DNA of 64,000 nucleotides from Hydrolagus affinis (taxonomy: Eukaryota). The position numbers were made by a program, and so were the translations under genes. The stretch lies in NCBI GenBank assembly GCA_012026655.1, contig JAAILG010001161.1:1-64000 (forward strand), in the 5' to 3' direction. Numbering within the stretch: the stretch's first letter is position 1; every line of letters starts with the position of its first letter. Below the pieces are notes generated by a model, which was not told the origin of the DNA, searched no databases, and saw only the letters and a program-made list of their open reading frames with translations. This document shows, piece by piece, positions 22,941 through 36,320 of the stretch.

Positions 22941-24229
22941 CAAGTCCATGGGAAAGAATGAATTGTGGAGACAAAACTGCCATTTGTCTTGATTTCACTG
23001 GAAGTGTTTGCAGATTGACGAAACAAAAGAGCAGTTATGATGAATGAGATTAGAGGAGTGAGTGAAGGATTGAAAAGACCCAGGTGGTTCTGTGACAAAG
23101 TATGTGTGGTGATAACAATGCATCAGGATCCTATGATACTTAAGATAAAGGTTGAATGTGCAAATTATCATTCTTGGGGGTTTTTGAGTTTGACCACACT
23201 GAACTTTCAATGCCTGTTCCTGGGATGTCAAATCTTATTTGCGTTGGTAAGATTGTATCTGTCAGTCTCCATTTACACACTGTGATGGATGGGAAATTTC
23301 AGGTACAGAGCTCACTTGAAGTTATGTTAAATTTGTACCTGTAAGTGCACATCGTTGAGATTTCCCCCCTCCCCCCCAAAAAAGACCCTAATAGTTGTCA
23401 TGAGGATTTCAGTAAAAATGAATAAAAATCACCATGTAGTATGTGAAATGCTGTCAACCTATCTTTCCTCTTTTCCTTATTACAGAACTATGTTCTAATT
23501 TTTATTTGTTTAATTTCCCATTTATATTAAATAATTTTGAATATTAACTTTCGTTTATATAGCACCCTCCACTTGCGGCATTGTCTCGGAATTTTCAATT
23601 TTGTTTAATCCTTTCTGGACGTTGTTTTATTTCCCGCATTTTGCTCTTTGCATATGTATACATTTATTCCTGGTCTCTTGGTTAAATGGTCGTGATGCAA
23701 CCCCTCACATAATCCCATTATTGTTCTCTTCCTATCTTTAATTTGTGAGTTCCATAGTAATGTTAGCCCACAATCCTAAAATAAAGTAAAACCATTCTAT
23801 AAATTAGATAAGATCTTTATCTATTATGGTATTAAACAAGCTCCCAATCTTTATCGTGATACTGATTTTAGATCCTCATTCAAGATTCAACAGAAAACAT
23901 CTTACATTTTATCGCTCCCTGGTTATCAGTTCATAAAGAGGTGAGTGGAGCCTGGATATTAAGTGTATTTAAGATACTTAGCATAAATGGGAACCATGGA
24001 ACCTGGAATAAATACTGAAGAATCAGCAAGACAAAAGGTCATGTTTGCGAAGGACAAGCTTCGATAGACACAAGGTCTTTATTTACACAGGGGTGGGTAA
24101 ATAGCAGGTTGGTCCAAGACCCTGGACTCATTTCAGAAAGGTCCATATGCCTTAGAGGGTTGCTAGAAAATTAGATTTAATGGGCTCAGAGGCAATCCAT
24201 GCTAATCCCATTGACAATATCTGACTAGC

Positions 24230-25495
24230 AACATCATCCTTCTGCCTTGCGTCGCCTACCACCCCAACCCCATTCCATCTGCTTCACCCGCCCTGCCCTC
24301 AGCTCCTACCACAGCTGCATCCTACATTCATTTGCTCCCATCATTCCTTCCTCCCTCTCAACCACCATCACCACAATGAAACCCACCACATGCTGCCTTG
24401 ACCTCTTACCCACCCAAATGCTGGTCATCCAGCCCCTCCTCCTCTGCCCACTGCTGGCAGACACTATTAACCAGGCTCTCTCAGAATCAGTCACACTTTC
24501 CCTCAAAACTGCGGTCATCACCCCCTCCTTCTTAAAAAATCTACTCTTGATACCTCCAACCTCGACAACTACGGCCCTTTCTCAAACCTGACCTTCCTTG
24601 CAAAAACTTTGGAACGTATTGGTGCCAGCCAACTTCACACACACTTCTTCCTCCACACCCTACTCAAAACTCTAAACTGGTTTCTGCCCTGCCCACAGTA
24701 CAGATAATTGTGAAAGTTATATACTGTACTATGCGCTCTCTATCTGTGACCAGTGCTTCCTCTGCCCCCTTGTCCTCCTGGACCTCTCTGCCTGTTCAAC
24801 ACAATTGATCGTGCCATCCTCCTCCACCTTCTGTCCTTCAACATCCACCTCAGTGGGGCTGCACTCGCTTGGTTTGAGTCCTACCTTACCAACCGCCAGC
24901 ACTACATTTCTGCAAATGGTTTTTCTTCTTGGTTCTGCCCAGTCACCTGTGGGTATCCCAAGGATCCATCCTTGGCCTTCTTCTCTTCCTCAACTACATG
25001 CTCCCCTCGGTGATATCATCCGCAGACACAGGGTTAACTTCCACATGTAAGCAGATGATCGTCAACTCTACTTTTCCACCTCCAGTTGCCTTTGCCACCT
25101 CTCGGCTGGACAATTCTAGGCCCTCCTTCACCATTCACAAAATTCAGCTCATCCAAAACCAAACTTTGTACCCCAATTGCCCCAGTCACTGCAAACTCCA
25201 GCGGCTCGCTGTAGCAGAATGGATCGACTTCAAGATCTTCACTTTAGTGTTTAAATCCCTCTATTCCCTGGCACCCCTCATTTCTCAACTCCTCACAGCC
25301 AATACGACCTGAAACTTTAGAACTCTCTCCCTCAACCCCTTCTCCTCGCCCTCCTTCCTCATCTTCAGGTTGTGTCTGAAGATCTTTCACTTCGACCGTG
25401 CCTACGGTCACCTTTCCCCTCCCCTTGGTTCAGCCTTGAGCTCCGCCTTTGCTCAGCATCCTGAGATGCCACCTGGCGTGGAGGGTACTATTATC
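24230..25495 (+). mobile_element. Degenerate L2-clade LINE ORF2 (reverse transcriptase) fragment with 3' end
   Basis: Frameshifted RT-like motifs: MKPTTCCLDLLPT, LKTAVITP, FNTIDRAILL, LAWFESYLTNRQ, QGSILG, WIDFKI. Confidence 0.9.
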
Positions 25496-25719
25496 TCCTG
25501 TCAGAGTGGGTGTGTACATGTGAGAACAAGAACAATTTCAGCTTTGACCTGTGCCTCAACAACATGTCGATACTTGAAGACAGGTCACTTCGGCATGTTA
25601 CAAAAGGGTGGACAGCACCAGTGAGTCAGGCATACAAGTATTTAAAATCATGCACAGCTCTGAGTGAAAGGTATTTGGGGACAAAAGTCCACCAGCATCA
25701 AGAAACTTTAGAACTTGAC

Positions 25720-25813
25720 AAGTCAATTCACTTTGCAGTATATTCTGTGAAGTGCTTTGAGATGTCTAGAAGATGTGAAAAGCGCTATATAAAATGCAAG
25801 GATTATTATTATT
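25720..25813 (+). mobile_element. tRNA-SINE tail fragment
   Basis: Matches the family tail. Confidence 0.8.
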
Positions 25814-28619
25814 GACCCAAGACAATCAACTGGTGTAATTATGAGGTGGGTGATTGTGCTGAAGTGCTGTGGGTATGCAGAGGGTTAATGTAGATGAATG
25901 TATCAGTGCTTAAAAATATTCCAGCATAATTTGCTATTCATAGTATGGGTATTTTTAGATTGAAAAGTGGCAGTGTTGAGTGCAGGAGCTTGTTTTAGTT
26001 TAAGAAAGCCTGGTTGGCAGAGCTTAATTTGGGTGTGGTATAAAATGCCCTTGGTTTACTGGTTTAGTGTCTGCAGCAATTTGCTTATGCCCTTTGATCA
26101 GTAACTAGGCTATGCTCTGTTAGGTGTCTGACCCTGGACTGTCAGATTGCTGATGCATATTTTCATCATAGCACAGAGAAACTGAATGTTCCTTCTTTTA
26201 GAAAGTGCATTTGCATCCCATCAGAGAATTGGAGGACAGTTTTATAATGCAGCTCTCTTTGTGGATCTATTCCTCTCCTATCTAAATGAGCTGCTATCTT
26301 TCGTTACCAAGTATGGGCCTGTGAGTGGACATGGAGTGGGCTCAGTTCAAATGCCTTCGAAGGCTACATTCCTTATTGACACACCCTGTGTGGGCTGGCT
26401 TGCTACTATTGGTGTTTGACATACTGCTAAAACTTAGCACAGACTAGATTTAAAAATTGAGGCCTTTGGAGGGGCTGTACCTCTGTTTCTTTCTAGTCGA
26501 TAGTTTTTTCATCTGAGCTATTGGTGTGATTAAATTGGGCAGTTATTGAAGTTGACTAGACTAACCTTAGTGACTAGCAGTTACACTTTGAAGCCCAGTC
26601 TTTGTGCTTATATGGTTCAAAGTATCACAGAGAGCAATTTAATATTTAATATATGACCTGCAGATGATTTGCTAGCCTTCGATTGCTATTTCATTTTCTT
26701 CTTTGCTTCATCTGAATTGTGGAATCTCGACAAGAAAATTAATTTCTAATGGTTAAAATGTTCTGCTCTATTTAGTATCTGGGCAGCAACAGTGCAGCCT
26801 CAGCACTGGTTTAAAGGTGCTGAGATTTAAAGCCAAGCCTAATGGCTTGGCTTACCTCTAGATATCTGTTATAAACAGGGAAGAAGAATACTGATTATTT
26901 TCCTCTCAATCCACACACACGCAAGAATAATGGCACTCATGCTGAGCTGGAATTAAAGATTCATCTAGACTTGTGTTGAAGGGAATGTTTTTTCCTGAAG
27001 TGTGAATCTATGTATTGGAACAAAATGCACGCATGGAATATTGATACTGTAATTGATGCGAAGGTTTTAGTGCGGACGCATCCCATCAGCATTTTCATAT
27101 TACTGTACAATATTTAGGGGATCATAGTCTGGAACAAGTGGCTTCACGTAAATGCCAGCAAGTCCCCAGCCTTGTGACAGGTTAAAGAGCAGGTGAAAGG
27201 AGGTACTAGACATTAGTGGTCTTCAGCAGCAATATTTACTGATGATGCATTTTACTATACCTTCCTGTCCCGAAACCTTTGATCATGATCCCAGCTGAAT
27301 TAATATCAGTGGAGACTACCTTCTCAGTCAGAACTACCATTTAATATTCTGTAAGTGCGATGTGTTGATTACATTCTTCACACATTTAACCAAATGCCTT
27401 AATTCACTCAGTTTATGAAAGCTGAGGAACCTTACCCTACAGAAAAATCATTATTGCTTGATATGCAGCAGGTGTTGCACTGACATTCTCCCCTCTCCCT
27501 TTTCACCCTCTCATTTCTTCCACTACAGAATATCAGCCTGGTTCGTTTATTTGAATTAGAATTACTGTAACACAAAACTAGGGCCTAGGTTCCTACCTAT
27601 GATTCCTTTGGCAGAGGGCACTCCTCATCCAGTGTTGAAGCTGCTATGTTTGGTTCACTCAATATCTGAGAGCTATTTGGAAGTTCAATGCAATCACATT
27701 CATTTTGATCTAGGGAGATTTTGAGCAGGAACCACCCTGACATCCAATCATTATTGTCCTAACCTGCAACAATTCTGTCTATGCTTTCTAATGTTTTTTT
27801 TTCCAGTTAATCTGGTCCTTTGACCATCAGATATTAGCAAGAATACATTATAATGTTGCTCATTTTAAAAGCTGTTCCTTTCAATTTTTCTCCAAATTTT
27901 TCCCATGGTCATCTATGCTGGGCATGCTTCCACAACTATCAGTTACTCATTGTCCAGCACACCCAAGTATTAGTATCATCAGGGTTCTCAGTGCTGAGTG
28001 TATGTTTGGGAAGGTTAATTTGAGCTGAATCTGATCCAACCCTCTTCTGATTTCAAGCAGTTCATTTTCCATCAGTTACTGCATAGTGATCCCAGATTCA
28101 TTTTATTTCCTTGATGCTCCCCACAGCCTATAGAGTGTCTCAGTGGGGTACCCTAGGGACACTGTCCCCTGTTGAATGTCTATAGTCTCATTTACATTTG
28201 ATGAAAAGGGTGGTTTTCTGCAAGGCTCCGAGGCAATAGTCTTGATTGTTCACAGAATGATATACCCCGAGCAACTCAACCTAGGTGTGATATACAGTAC
28301 TCAGGAAATCATAAATGAGGTGTATTTCTACTAGGAGGTGGTTTCACCTGGCATGAGGAAGCTATAAATTTGACCATTTCTGAGGTATGCATGGAATCCT
28401 CTGTGTGCTACCAGGGTGCACTCAATGGTTCAGTACCATTTGTTTTAAACTACTTCATTTCAAATTGTTGTTGCGCCTTTAACCACAGTATCATGAACTA
28501 TATAATACAGAGCAGTATAACTATATGCAGAGTAGTATTGAGACTTTGAAAGACCCCTTACAGCTTGCTTGGGACTAACCTCCTGCAATTGATTTATATC
28601 CATTTGTCTCCAAAATAGT

Positions 28620-28965
28620 TGATTTGTTGCTGTAACCTATTCCATGGATTCCTACTAGCACCTTAGCCAAGTGGCCTGTCTTCATACGAATCTTAACATT
28701 AATTTTTGGCAGATTATTCAACAGAGGATCATTATTGAGCCTAATCCCACCTCAACAAAATTTACATTTTTCAGCATGGGTTGTTGGATAATAATGGATC
28801 GTCTCATGTTGTCCACCTGTGACAATTTCCAGAAGAGGTTAGGAGAGAGTGATCAATTAGTAGACAGTGACCCTCCGCCCAACCCCATGCTGGATGAGAT
28901 CTGTAAAAATCCAAAGATCAAACTTGAGGCTTTCCTCTTCTGTTTTAATACATTTGGGGATGGGT
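28620..28965 (-). mobile_element. AmnSINE2-like relic
   Basis: ccttagccaagtggcctgtcttcat...ggcagattattcaac is the reverse complement of the body seen at 22.7 and 46.0 kb. Confidence 0.5.
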
Positions 28966-30059
28966 AACTCAGTCCCACATATTTATTATTGCTTGACTGT
29001 TTGAAATAGAATCTGTAGTCTGACTTTCCTTTCCAGATTGACCAGAGTATTTTCAGTTTCCTTCCTCCCTCATATCACCACCTGGTTGCTCGCTAATGGT
29101 TTTATTACATCAGATGTTTGGGTTTTACTGTGCTACACATGCATGTATCCTAAAATTGCTTACTGTGGAACAAGGGGCTGATCTGATTTTGTGTAATTGA
29201 GGACCCAATGCAGTGCATACTACATAGTTGTCGAATTCCTAGAGAAAACAGGAAAGTACAAGCAAGTTTACGCAAGCATGAGCAACCATTGAAGATCAGA
29301 GGAATTCAGTGATGAGGAGGAATGGGTGTAATTCCGAAAAACACAGTGATGGGAATGTCTCCTCTCTTAAAAACTGTTTGTTCTCAAACATAACACATAG
29401 TGAAACAGGTGTTCTAAACAGAGTCCCCATTTCATGGTGCCAATGAATAAATTCTTTTGAGACATAACCAGTGTTTGCGGAACACCACCCCACTAACATT
29501 AACGCCTCTCCTGATTAAGAATGCCCATCCAAGTTCCAACTATTTTTGCAATTTCCCCTCTGTACTTCACGGCATGACATTTTCCTAGGGTACACTAGGA
29601 AAATGGTCTATAGGGTATTGATGCTCTCCATGATTTCACCAAAATGAGCATTCTTTAAGTAAGTCTATGGGGCATTTATTGAACCCCGGATGTGGTATTG
29701 TAATACAGTATTTTATGGAAATTTATTGAATAGCTGTATTAATTGGAGGGAGTAGGGAGGGGAAGGGGGAAATGAGTAGTTCTGATAATTAGAGCAATTG
29801 TATGAGTCGAATTAACACCATGACAGCTCTGCAATTGAAATTACAGAAACAAAGCTTGATCAATGAACTTCAGTAACAAATTGATTAATGACAATCTCCA
29901 TTCTCAGCATTATGCCTTTATTGAGTGTGTCATTCAGTCTCGCTTTATTTTGGTAGCAGGGAAACAAATCCCCTTGTCAGTATTGTCTTCCATTCCAGCA
30001 CCGGAGAAGTCATAGGAAACATTCCTTCTTGCTGGGGACTCCTGCATTCATTCTTTTTA

Positions 30060-30460
30060 GGGAAGAAGAATGCAGCTCCATGGCTTCGCCCCACCCTACC
30101 TCTGCGACCTCCCAACCCCTTACCAACCTGCCCGCCCCCTCCGCTCAGCAAGCTCTGGCCTGCTCCACTCCCCCCGTCCCACCCGCCCGACCATTGGTGG
30201 GCGAGCCTTCAACCACTCTAACCTCAATCTCTGGAACTCCCATCCCGCAGTCCCTCTGCCTCGCCCATTCCCTGGCCTCCTTCAAGTCCCGCCTCAAGAC
30301 CCTCTTCTTCGACCATCCCATCGGTCACCCAAATCCCCACCTTTCCCTCCACCATCCCCTTCCCTGACCCCAGCTCGGGTCTGAAACAATGACTGTCCAG
30401 CACCTTGGGAGGTCCTCCTGAGGTGAAAGGCGCTGTACAAGTGTAATTTTGTTGTTATTG
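30060..30460 (+). mobile_element. L2 LINE 3' fragment
   Basis: LHGFAPPYLCDL..YQPARPLRSA..GGRAFN..LWNS and ASFKSRLKTLFF, then the L2 tail with (TTG)n. Confidence 0.92.
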
Positions 30461-31501
30461 CATTAGTCTTCAACTGTGTCCTGAGAATAGAAGTGATGAT
30501 TTGCAGAAATTAAGATGTTAGCTACCTAAAAGTGACATTGGGGTACTGTTAGAATTGAACTAGCTAAAACTACTAGCTTTCCAGTAATGAGTGGGACTCT
30601 TCCACTCTGTACTATTATTTAGGCATTGCCTTGCAGGGTTATCAGGAGCCAGGTCAGCAATCTGGTCATTCAGTAGTGCAGTATTACGCTAGATAGACTT
30701 GCATAAAACGGATATTTGATACTAGGTCCTCTACAGAATTGACTTGGTTTGTTGTTCACCAGGCATGTTATTTGGAAAGTTTGTAACAGAAGTTGTATTA
30801 TGGATATCTACGGTCCCTTTTCTCATTGCTCAAAAGCATACGTTAGATGCAAGAAGCAATACTGTTTATTTAATACTGACACGTTTGCACTGTGTGGGGA
30901 TTTGAACTGCTGCTGTGTTGGCAGCATGTGAATCCCTTCATTTACCACTTTTATCTGCTCAAGTGATGCTTATGAGTTCTGAATCCAGAGAGTGGTAAAT
31001 TCCAGCTTTACATTTCAACATTTTCATTGAATTAATTATTTTATAAGACAGCATAGTGGTTTGTTTGCCAGAACTATTACACAAATCTAGAAAGAGTTAA
31101 TGTGCTTTCTGCAGGAGTGAGGTTGTTGCTGTAATCAGCAGAAAGCTTGTTTGGTGTGCCTTGGACCATAATCCAAGTCAGCCCAATAGGTATGTGGGTG
31201 TGCTCTTCAAGCTGAAGTGTGACTCAATGCTTGGAAAAGGCTTGCTGCAAGTTTTACCACTTTGTGACCTTGTTTACCGTGAATGAACCAGAATATTGCA
31301 TCTGTCAAAAGTTAAGTACAGTGTAAATCTTGAGTTTCATTTAAGATCAGTTTTTTTTCATGTTTTTGTGATTTATAGTGATTTGTGATTTATGTTTCCA
31401 GAGGAAACTAAGCAAGATGACAGCGATTAGTCTGGAACTTGAAGTGCGTGCATGTTTGTGTGTATACATGCACAGGCCTACAATGCCTGGATTGGGACCC
31501 T

Positions 31502-31825
31502 TGAGTCCTGTAGCACAGCAGTTAGAGCACTCATAAGTGAGAGACCTTGATTTGATTCCTGGCACGGTGAAATGTTGGGCAAGTTTCCTTACTCCACATG
31601 CCTCTGTTTACCTAGCAGTAAGTAGGAATGCAGTTAATAGGTGATTGGCAGATTGCTTTCCAGGAATAATAATTCTTTTTTTAAAATGGTCACTCAGTCC
31701 ACGACTGTTTGTGGGACACCGCTGTGTACAATTGGCTGCCATGTTTCATCCACAAAACATACAGTCAATTCACTTTATAGTATATTCTGTGAAGCGCTTT
31801 GAGGCATCTCAAAAATGTGGTATGA
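31502..31825 (+). mobile_element. tRNA-SINE, long form with central segment
   Basis: Head, then gggcaagtttccttactccacatgcctctgtttacctagcagtaagtagg, then tail. Confidence 0.85.
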
Positions 31826-32407
31826 CTGTTTGCCATGCAATGTATTCTGTTTATTGGCACTTGTGTTTGCGTTTTTTTTTGCCATTTTTCAACCACTTAG
31901 TTTGTGCAGTTGGTTTAGGCCACAATGGGCCATGATATGCCAGGCTCCCATTTGTCTGTAATTGTCAATTTCATGGTCCAAATGTCTCAGCTACACTTAA
32001 ACCCATCTCAACCAGTTTCTTTCTACTCTATGCAATCCAACTATCTTTGTGAGTGTCCTGTGATTCAGTATATTTCAACTTATTCCTTGTAAAGCTCTAT
32101 ATTATTCCATAAAGTGTATGCACCATTTATTTTTACTGACAATATGCAGTATCTTTCATTTGTCTTTATTGAAATTGATTTGCTGATGATCAGCTCAGGT
32201 GCACACCAGTCAAGCTTTTGCTTTTTTCTTGGCTGCTTGAAGACTACATTTTTAACTCTTAGTTTGGGTGTCCTCTGCATATTTAAGATCCATTGCAAAG
32301 ATCATTTAAATTTACAAGTTGGAACCCAGGAAAAACCCTGAGGTACCCCACTCAATACTTTGACCCTAGCTACTCTTTAGTTTCCTTCTCTTTAGTCCTA
32401 AAGTATC

Positions 32408-32745
32408 ATTTGGCTCTGTTGGTAGAAATCATGCCTCTGTCAAAAAGCCCTATGTTGTGTAGATGATTTGGATTGTTGAAGATGCTGCCCTCCGGATGAG
32501 ATATTAACTCAATGTACAACTGGCCTTTTTTTAAGTGGAAAATAAAATTACATTATTTGAAAAGAATATTGAGGTTTTTATCCTGCTGTTTTTGGCTAGC
32601 AATCTACCAGATTTAATTGGTCCCTCACCTCATGGCTATTTGTGGTACTTGGTTGATTGCAAAATGTTGACCACGTGTGCCTACAAAAACAGTTATTAGG
32701 CCTAAATATTATAACGTTTTTGACAAAGCTATAAAAATTAAGCTC
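32408..32745 (+). mobile_element. Old DeuSINE-like SINE
   Basis: tggctctgttggtag head; gaagatgctgccctccggatgagatattaa...ctatttgtgg...gcaaaatgttgaccacgtgtgcctaca Deu/tail motifs. Confidence 0.55.
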
Positions 32746-33242
32746 ATATCAAATTCAGAGATCATAATTGAATCCATGTCTGTTTTCCTCTTGTTACTCA
32801 TAGAAACCATTGGCACAGAGATGTGTGTGAAAGGGTGGGGGGCAATTGGGACGGTGGGAAATGGTCTTGATAAGGTAGCAGATTTTTCTATGGCACACCT
32901 GCAATTAAAAAGCCTCAGAGGAGACAGAATGTCTGGTCACCTTAATTCACACAGGAAAACGTACTTCACCAGACAGGTGGGTCAATTCTCCTGTCAAACG
33001 CGCATTATAGATGAGGTATAATTAGTACCTGGAGCTAAATATGAGAGTAGCTCCAGATATCCGTGTAAATGAGCTTTCTGACCTCTACATTGCTTGGGGC
33101 ATTCTTTCATAATAGAGAAACATTAACATGGCCTTCATTATAATGTGCATTATGCATGCTTTTCCAAAACAGGCTCTGGAGAAAGCCTACTGTTGTGGTG
33201 TTTCACTGCTTTGCAGAGTGCATTTAAAGATTTATTCTACCA

Positions 33243-33892
33243 AAAGACATAGGAAAGGCCATTCAGCCCGTCAAGCCTGTTCCTCCATTTAATTATACCA
33301 TGGCTAATCTATATCTTTACTATCATTTCAAATCCAATTTCCCACTTTCTCCCCGTATCGCTTAACACTCTGACCTACCAAAAATCTGTCAATATCTTTG
33401 GAGGTGTGAATGGATCCAGCATCCACGACATTTTGCGGAGAGAGTTCCAGATTCCTACTACTCTTTAAGTGAAAAAATGCTTCCAGATTTCACTCTTAAA
33501 TGGCCTGGTTCTAATTTTAAGACTATGCCCACTTGTTTTGCATTCCCCCACCAGAGGAAATAGCTTCTTTGCATCTACCCTATCAAATCCCTTTATTATC
33601 CTAAAAACCTTTTTTTTTTATCAATTCACCTCTCAATCTTCTAAACTTGATACAATCCAAGTTTATGCAGCCTTTCCTCATAACTTAACTCTTTTAGGCC
33701 TGGTAACATTCTGGTGAACCTGCGCTGCACCCCTTCCAAGGCCAGTACTGTATATCTTTCCTGTGGTGTGGTGCCCAAAACTGAACGCAGTACCCCAGAT
33801 GCGGTTTGCCTCACGCTCTATACAGCTGAAGCATAATTTCTTCCCCCTTTGTATTCCATGCCTCTCAAGATAAAGGCCAACATTCCATTTTT
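33243..33892 (-). mobile_element. CR1-clade LINE 3' fragment (shark HER1-like)
   Basis: ggccattcagcccgtcaagcctgttcctccatt 3' end; gagagttccagattcctactactct and cccaaaactgaacgcagtacccca (reverse of YCVQFW) are typical of a CR1 ORF2 C-terminus. Confidence 0.85.
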
Positions 33893-35089
33893 ATCTTTTC
33901 TAAATTGTGTAGGTTAGCTGTATTTAACATCTGAGCTTGTATAGAAACCCTGATAAATTCCCAAACATGCATCACCATAGGTCCAAGGTGCGCACAGAGA
34001 CATGTGAAGACAAAAGTGTGCAGATTGCATGTCTCAATTCCTCCTGACGTGAAAGGCACTATACAATTTGTTGTTGTTGTTGCAGGGAATTGGCCTCATT
34101 TGCTATGGGCATTGTTTGTACCTTGGAAATTGAGAATTGTTTTATGGCTTATGTGGATCTCTTCCAATCTTTGCCAATGTAGGATGACCCACTGCATCAG
34201 TCAGAGCATAAAATTAAAACTAGAAATCATTTGGTCTGAATGGCCTGGTGCTACATTGAGCAAGTTTAGGACATGAAAAAGGAAGCTCTTTTTGTGGTTT
34301 GTTTTTGTTTTGTTTTGGTTTCTTAGTTGATGCCAGAACAAGCTAGAATACGGTGCGGGAATTTTGGAAGCAGGAAACATTTTCTTCTGGGCTACTTATG
34401 GGAATGCGACTTAAATGTAAGAATCCTAACTTTTTTTTTAAAAAGAAAAGTAAAAGACGTGAAGAAACTTCCTGTAATTGTGTTTAGTAGTTTCTGGCCA
34501 ATCGCTTCTGGCGTGTGATTTCCCACCTCTGGAATTTCAGCAATCTCATTTAAAAGTCTTTGTTTGGTTCCCATGGAAACAGGATGTTCAGGAATTGATT
34601 CCTTTGCATGCAGTGATAGGGTCAGAGGTACTTTAGCCATTCTTTGTTCAGCTGCAGAGGGCTCTTGTGTTGCTGCATTGACTGCTGGGGGCTTAAAGAG
34701 GCTGACATTCCTGCCCATCTCTATTGAATGCAAATTCCCTCCTTTCATAAGTATCAAATAGCCTGTGTGGGATCAAAATCGAGCACTGCAGGCAAGACCA
34801 CAATAAGTGTGTGAGATTCGGCTTCCGAGAGGAGCGCTAGTGCTGCCAAGGTCAGACCATTGCAAAAGGTTAGTTGTGTTTTATTTGAAACAAAAATAAG
34901 AATTGCAATGCGAATCCAATGAGAACTCCACTCCACCCCCCCCTCCCCAAAAAAAGTCCAACTGGAAAGCAATGAAAGTTGATGTACTTGGGGAGTGGGA
35001 ATTGAATAACCTGGAGGGGAAAGGAAAAGCAGACTCCCACATGGACTGAGGAGGATCTTTATACGCTCGCACATACAGTATAGGGAAAA

Positions 35090-35885
35090 ATAAGAAAGAG
35101 TGATGCATTATACACGAAAGGAAAGAGGGAGCGAACCCCATTCATAGGGGAAGGGAAGAAAGAGAGCTGCACATGTAAGGAAATAAATTACACGGATTCA
35201 TACTGATCAGACTAGAGAAGGGAGTACTGTATATGAATAGATAGAAGAGGAGGTGGAGGGAAGAAGAGTGTGTGTGTGTATGCACGGACAGGAACAAGTG
35301 TTCGAAAGAAACATACTCACACGCACAGGAATAAGATATATCTGTCCCAAACAGATGAGTTTGTGTGTGTGTGTGTGAGAGAGAGCGAAATGCAATAAAA
35401 TGGGATAGAGGCATAAACAGTGACAGAACAGACTGATAAAGAGACGTGATAGGAGAGAGAGAGAGAGAGACAGGGGAGGACAGAAGTGAAGCATACATCC
35501 ATATAAAATATACTCGCGCAACACGCGGGCAAGAGAGATAAATACACAGCGACAAGCCGGACGTATATGTGAACTCAGGTGTACAGGAGAGAAATATATA
35601 ACACGGTACTGTGTCCAGAGAGAGATCGACATAACAACAAAAATACATTTGTAACACACACAGAGAGGGACCACAGAGAAGGAGACACACACACACACAC
35701 ATAAGGATCGGAAAGATGCATGAATGTGTGCACTCGCACATTCTCTCACAGAGGCGAGATGAATGCACACAAGAGCAGGAGAGGGACAGCTAAGCAGAGG
35801 AGAATGTGTGTGTGACAGAGAGAGAGAGGGAGAGCTGCGGATCGGAGGTAGACAGCACACGGTGTGTGTATGTACTGTATTGGTG
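35090..35885. repeat. Purine-rich low-complexity tract with GA, GT and CA microsatellites
   Basis: Strong purine skew; explains the spurious 208- and 283-aa minus-strand ORFs. Confidence 0.8.
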
Positions 35886-36320
35886 TGTGTGCCGTTATTC
35901 GGTCGGACTCGGCTCCTCTCGGGCAGACTCGGCTGCTTTGTGAGCCGGCCCTGGCGCTGCCGGTTCCTGAGTGCGCAGGTCCGAGGCGGCGTTTCGGCTG
36001 CTGCAGAGATGGTGCGGTTCGGGCTGCGCTGGCTGACGGCTGCTCCAGCCGGGGACACCGGGCGGCTTTAGCTGTGGCCCAGGATCCAAGCAGTCGGTGT
36101 CGGAGCGGCTGCGAGGGGCAGCGGGTGAGTGTGAGAGGTAGCGAGAGCGATTCCGGTTCGGTCCGCGGCCTCGTATCACTCCTCTCCCCGGAACCGGGCC
36201 TCGTACGCCCGGCCTCCGCTCTCTGGTGGATCGAAACCGGTAACTAGAGGCGTCGGCTCGGGGTAGGCCAGTTTGAAGCCAGGGCTAGAGGGCCCTGGCC
36301 GGCGGGGGGTGGGGGAGTGC
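35885..36320 (+). promoter_or_regulatory. CpG island / proximal candidate DAG1 promoter with non-coding first exon ending at 36124
   Basis: Abrupt GC- and CpG-rich stretch in CpG-poor DNA, with a consensus donor CGG|GTGAGT at 36124/36125 on the DAG1 strand. Confidence 0.7.

Noticed and set aside
35142-36247. Long ORFs of 208, 283, 102 and 127 aa
   Set aside because: Products of low-complexity purine skew and high-GC island composition; no domain features.
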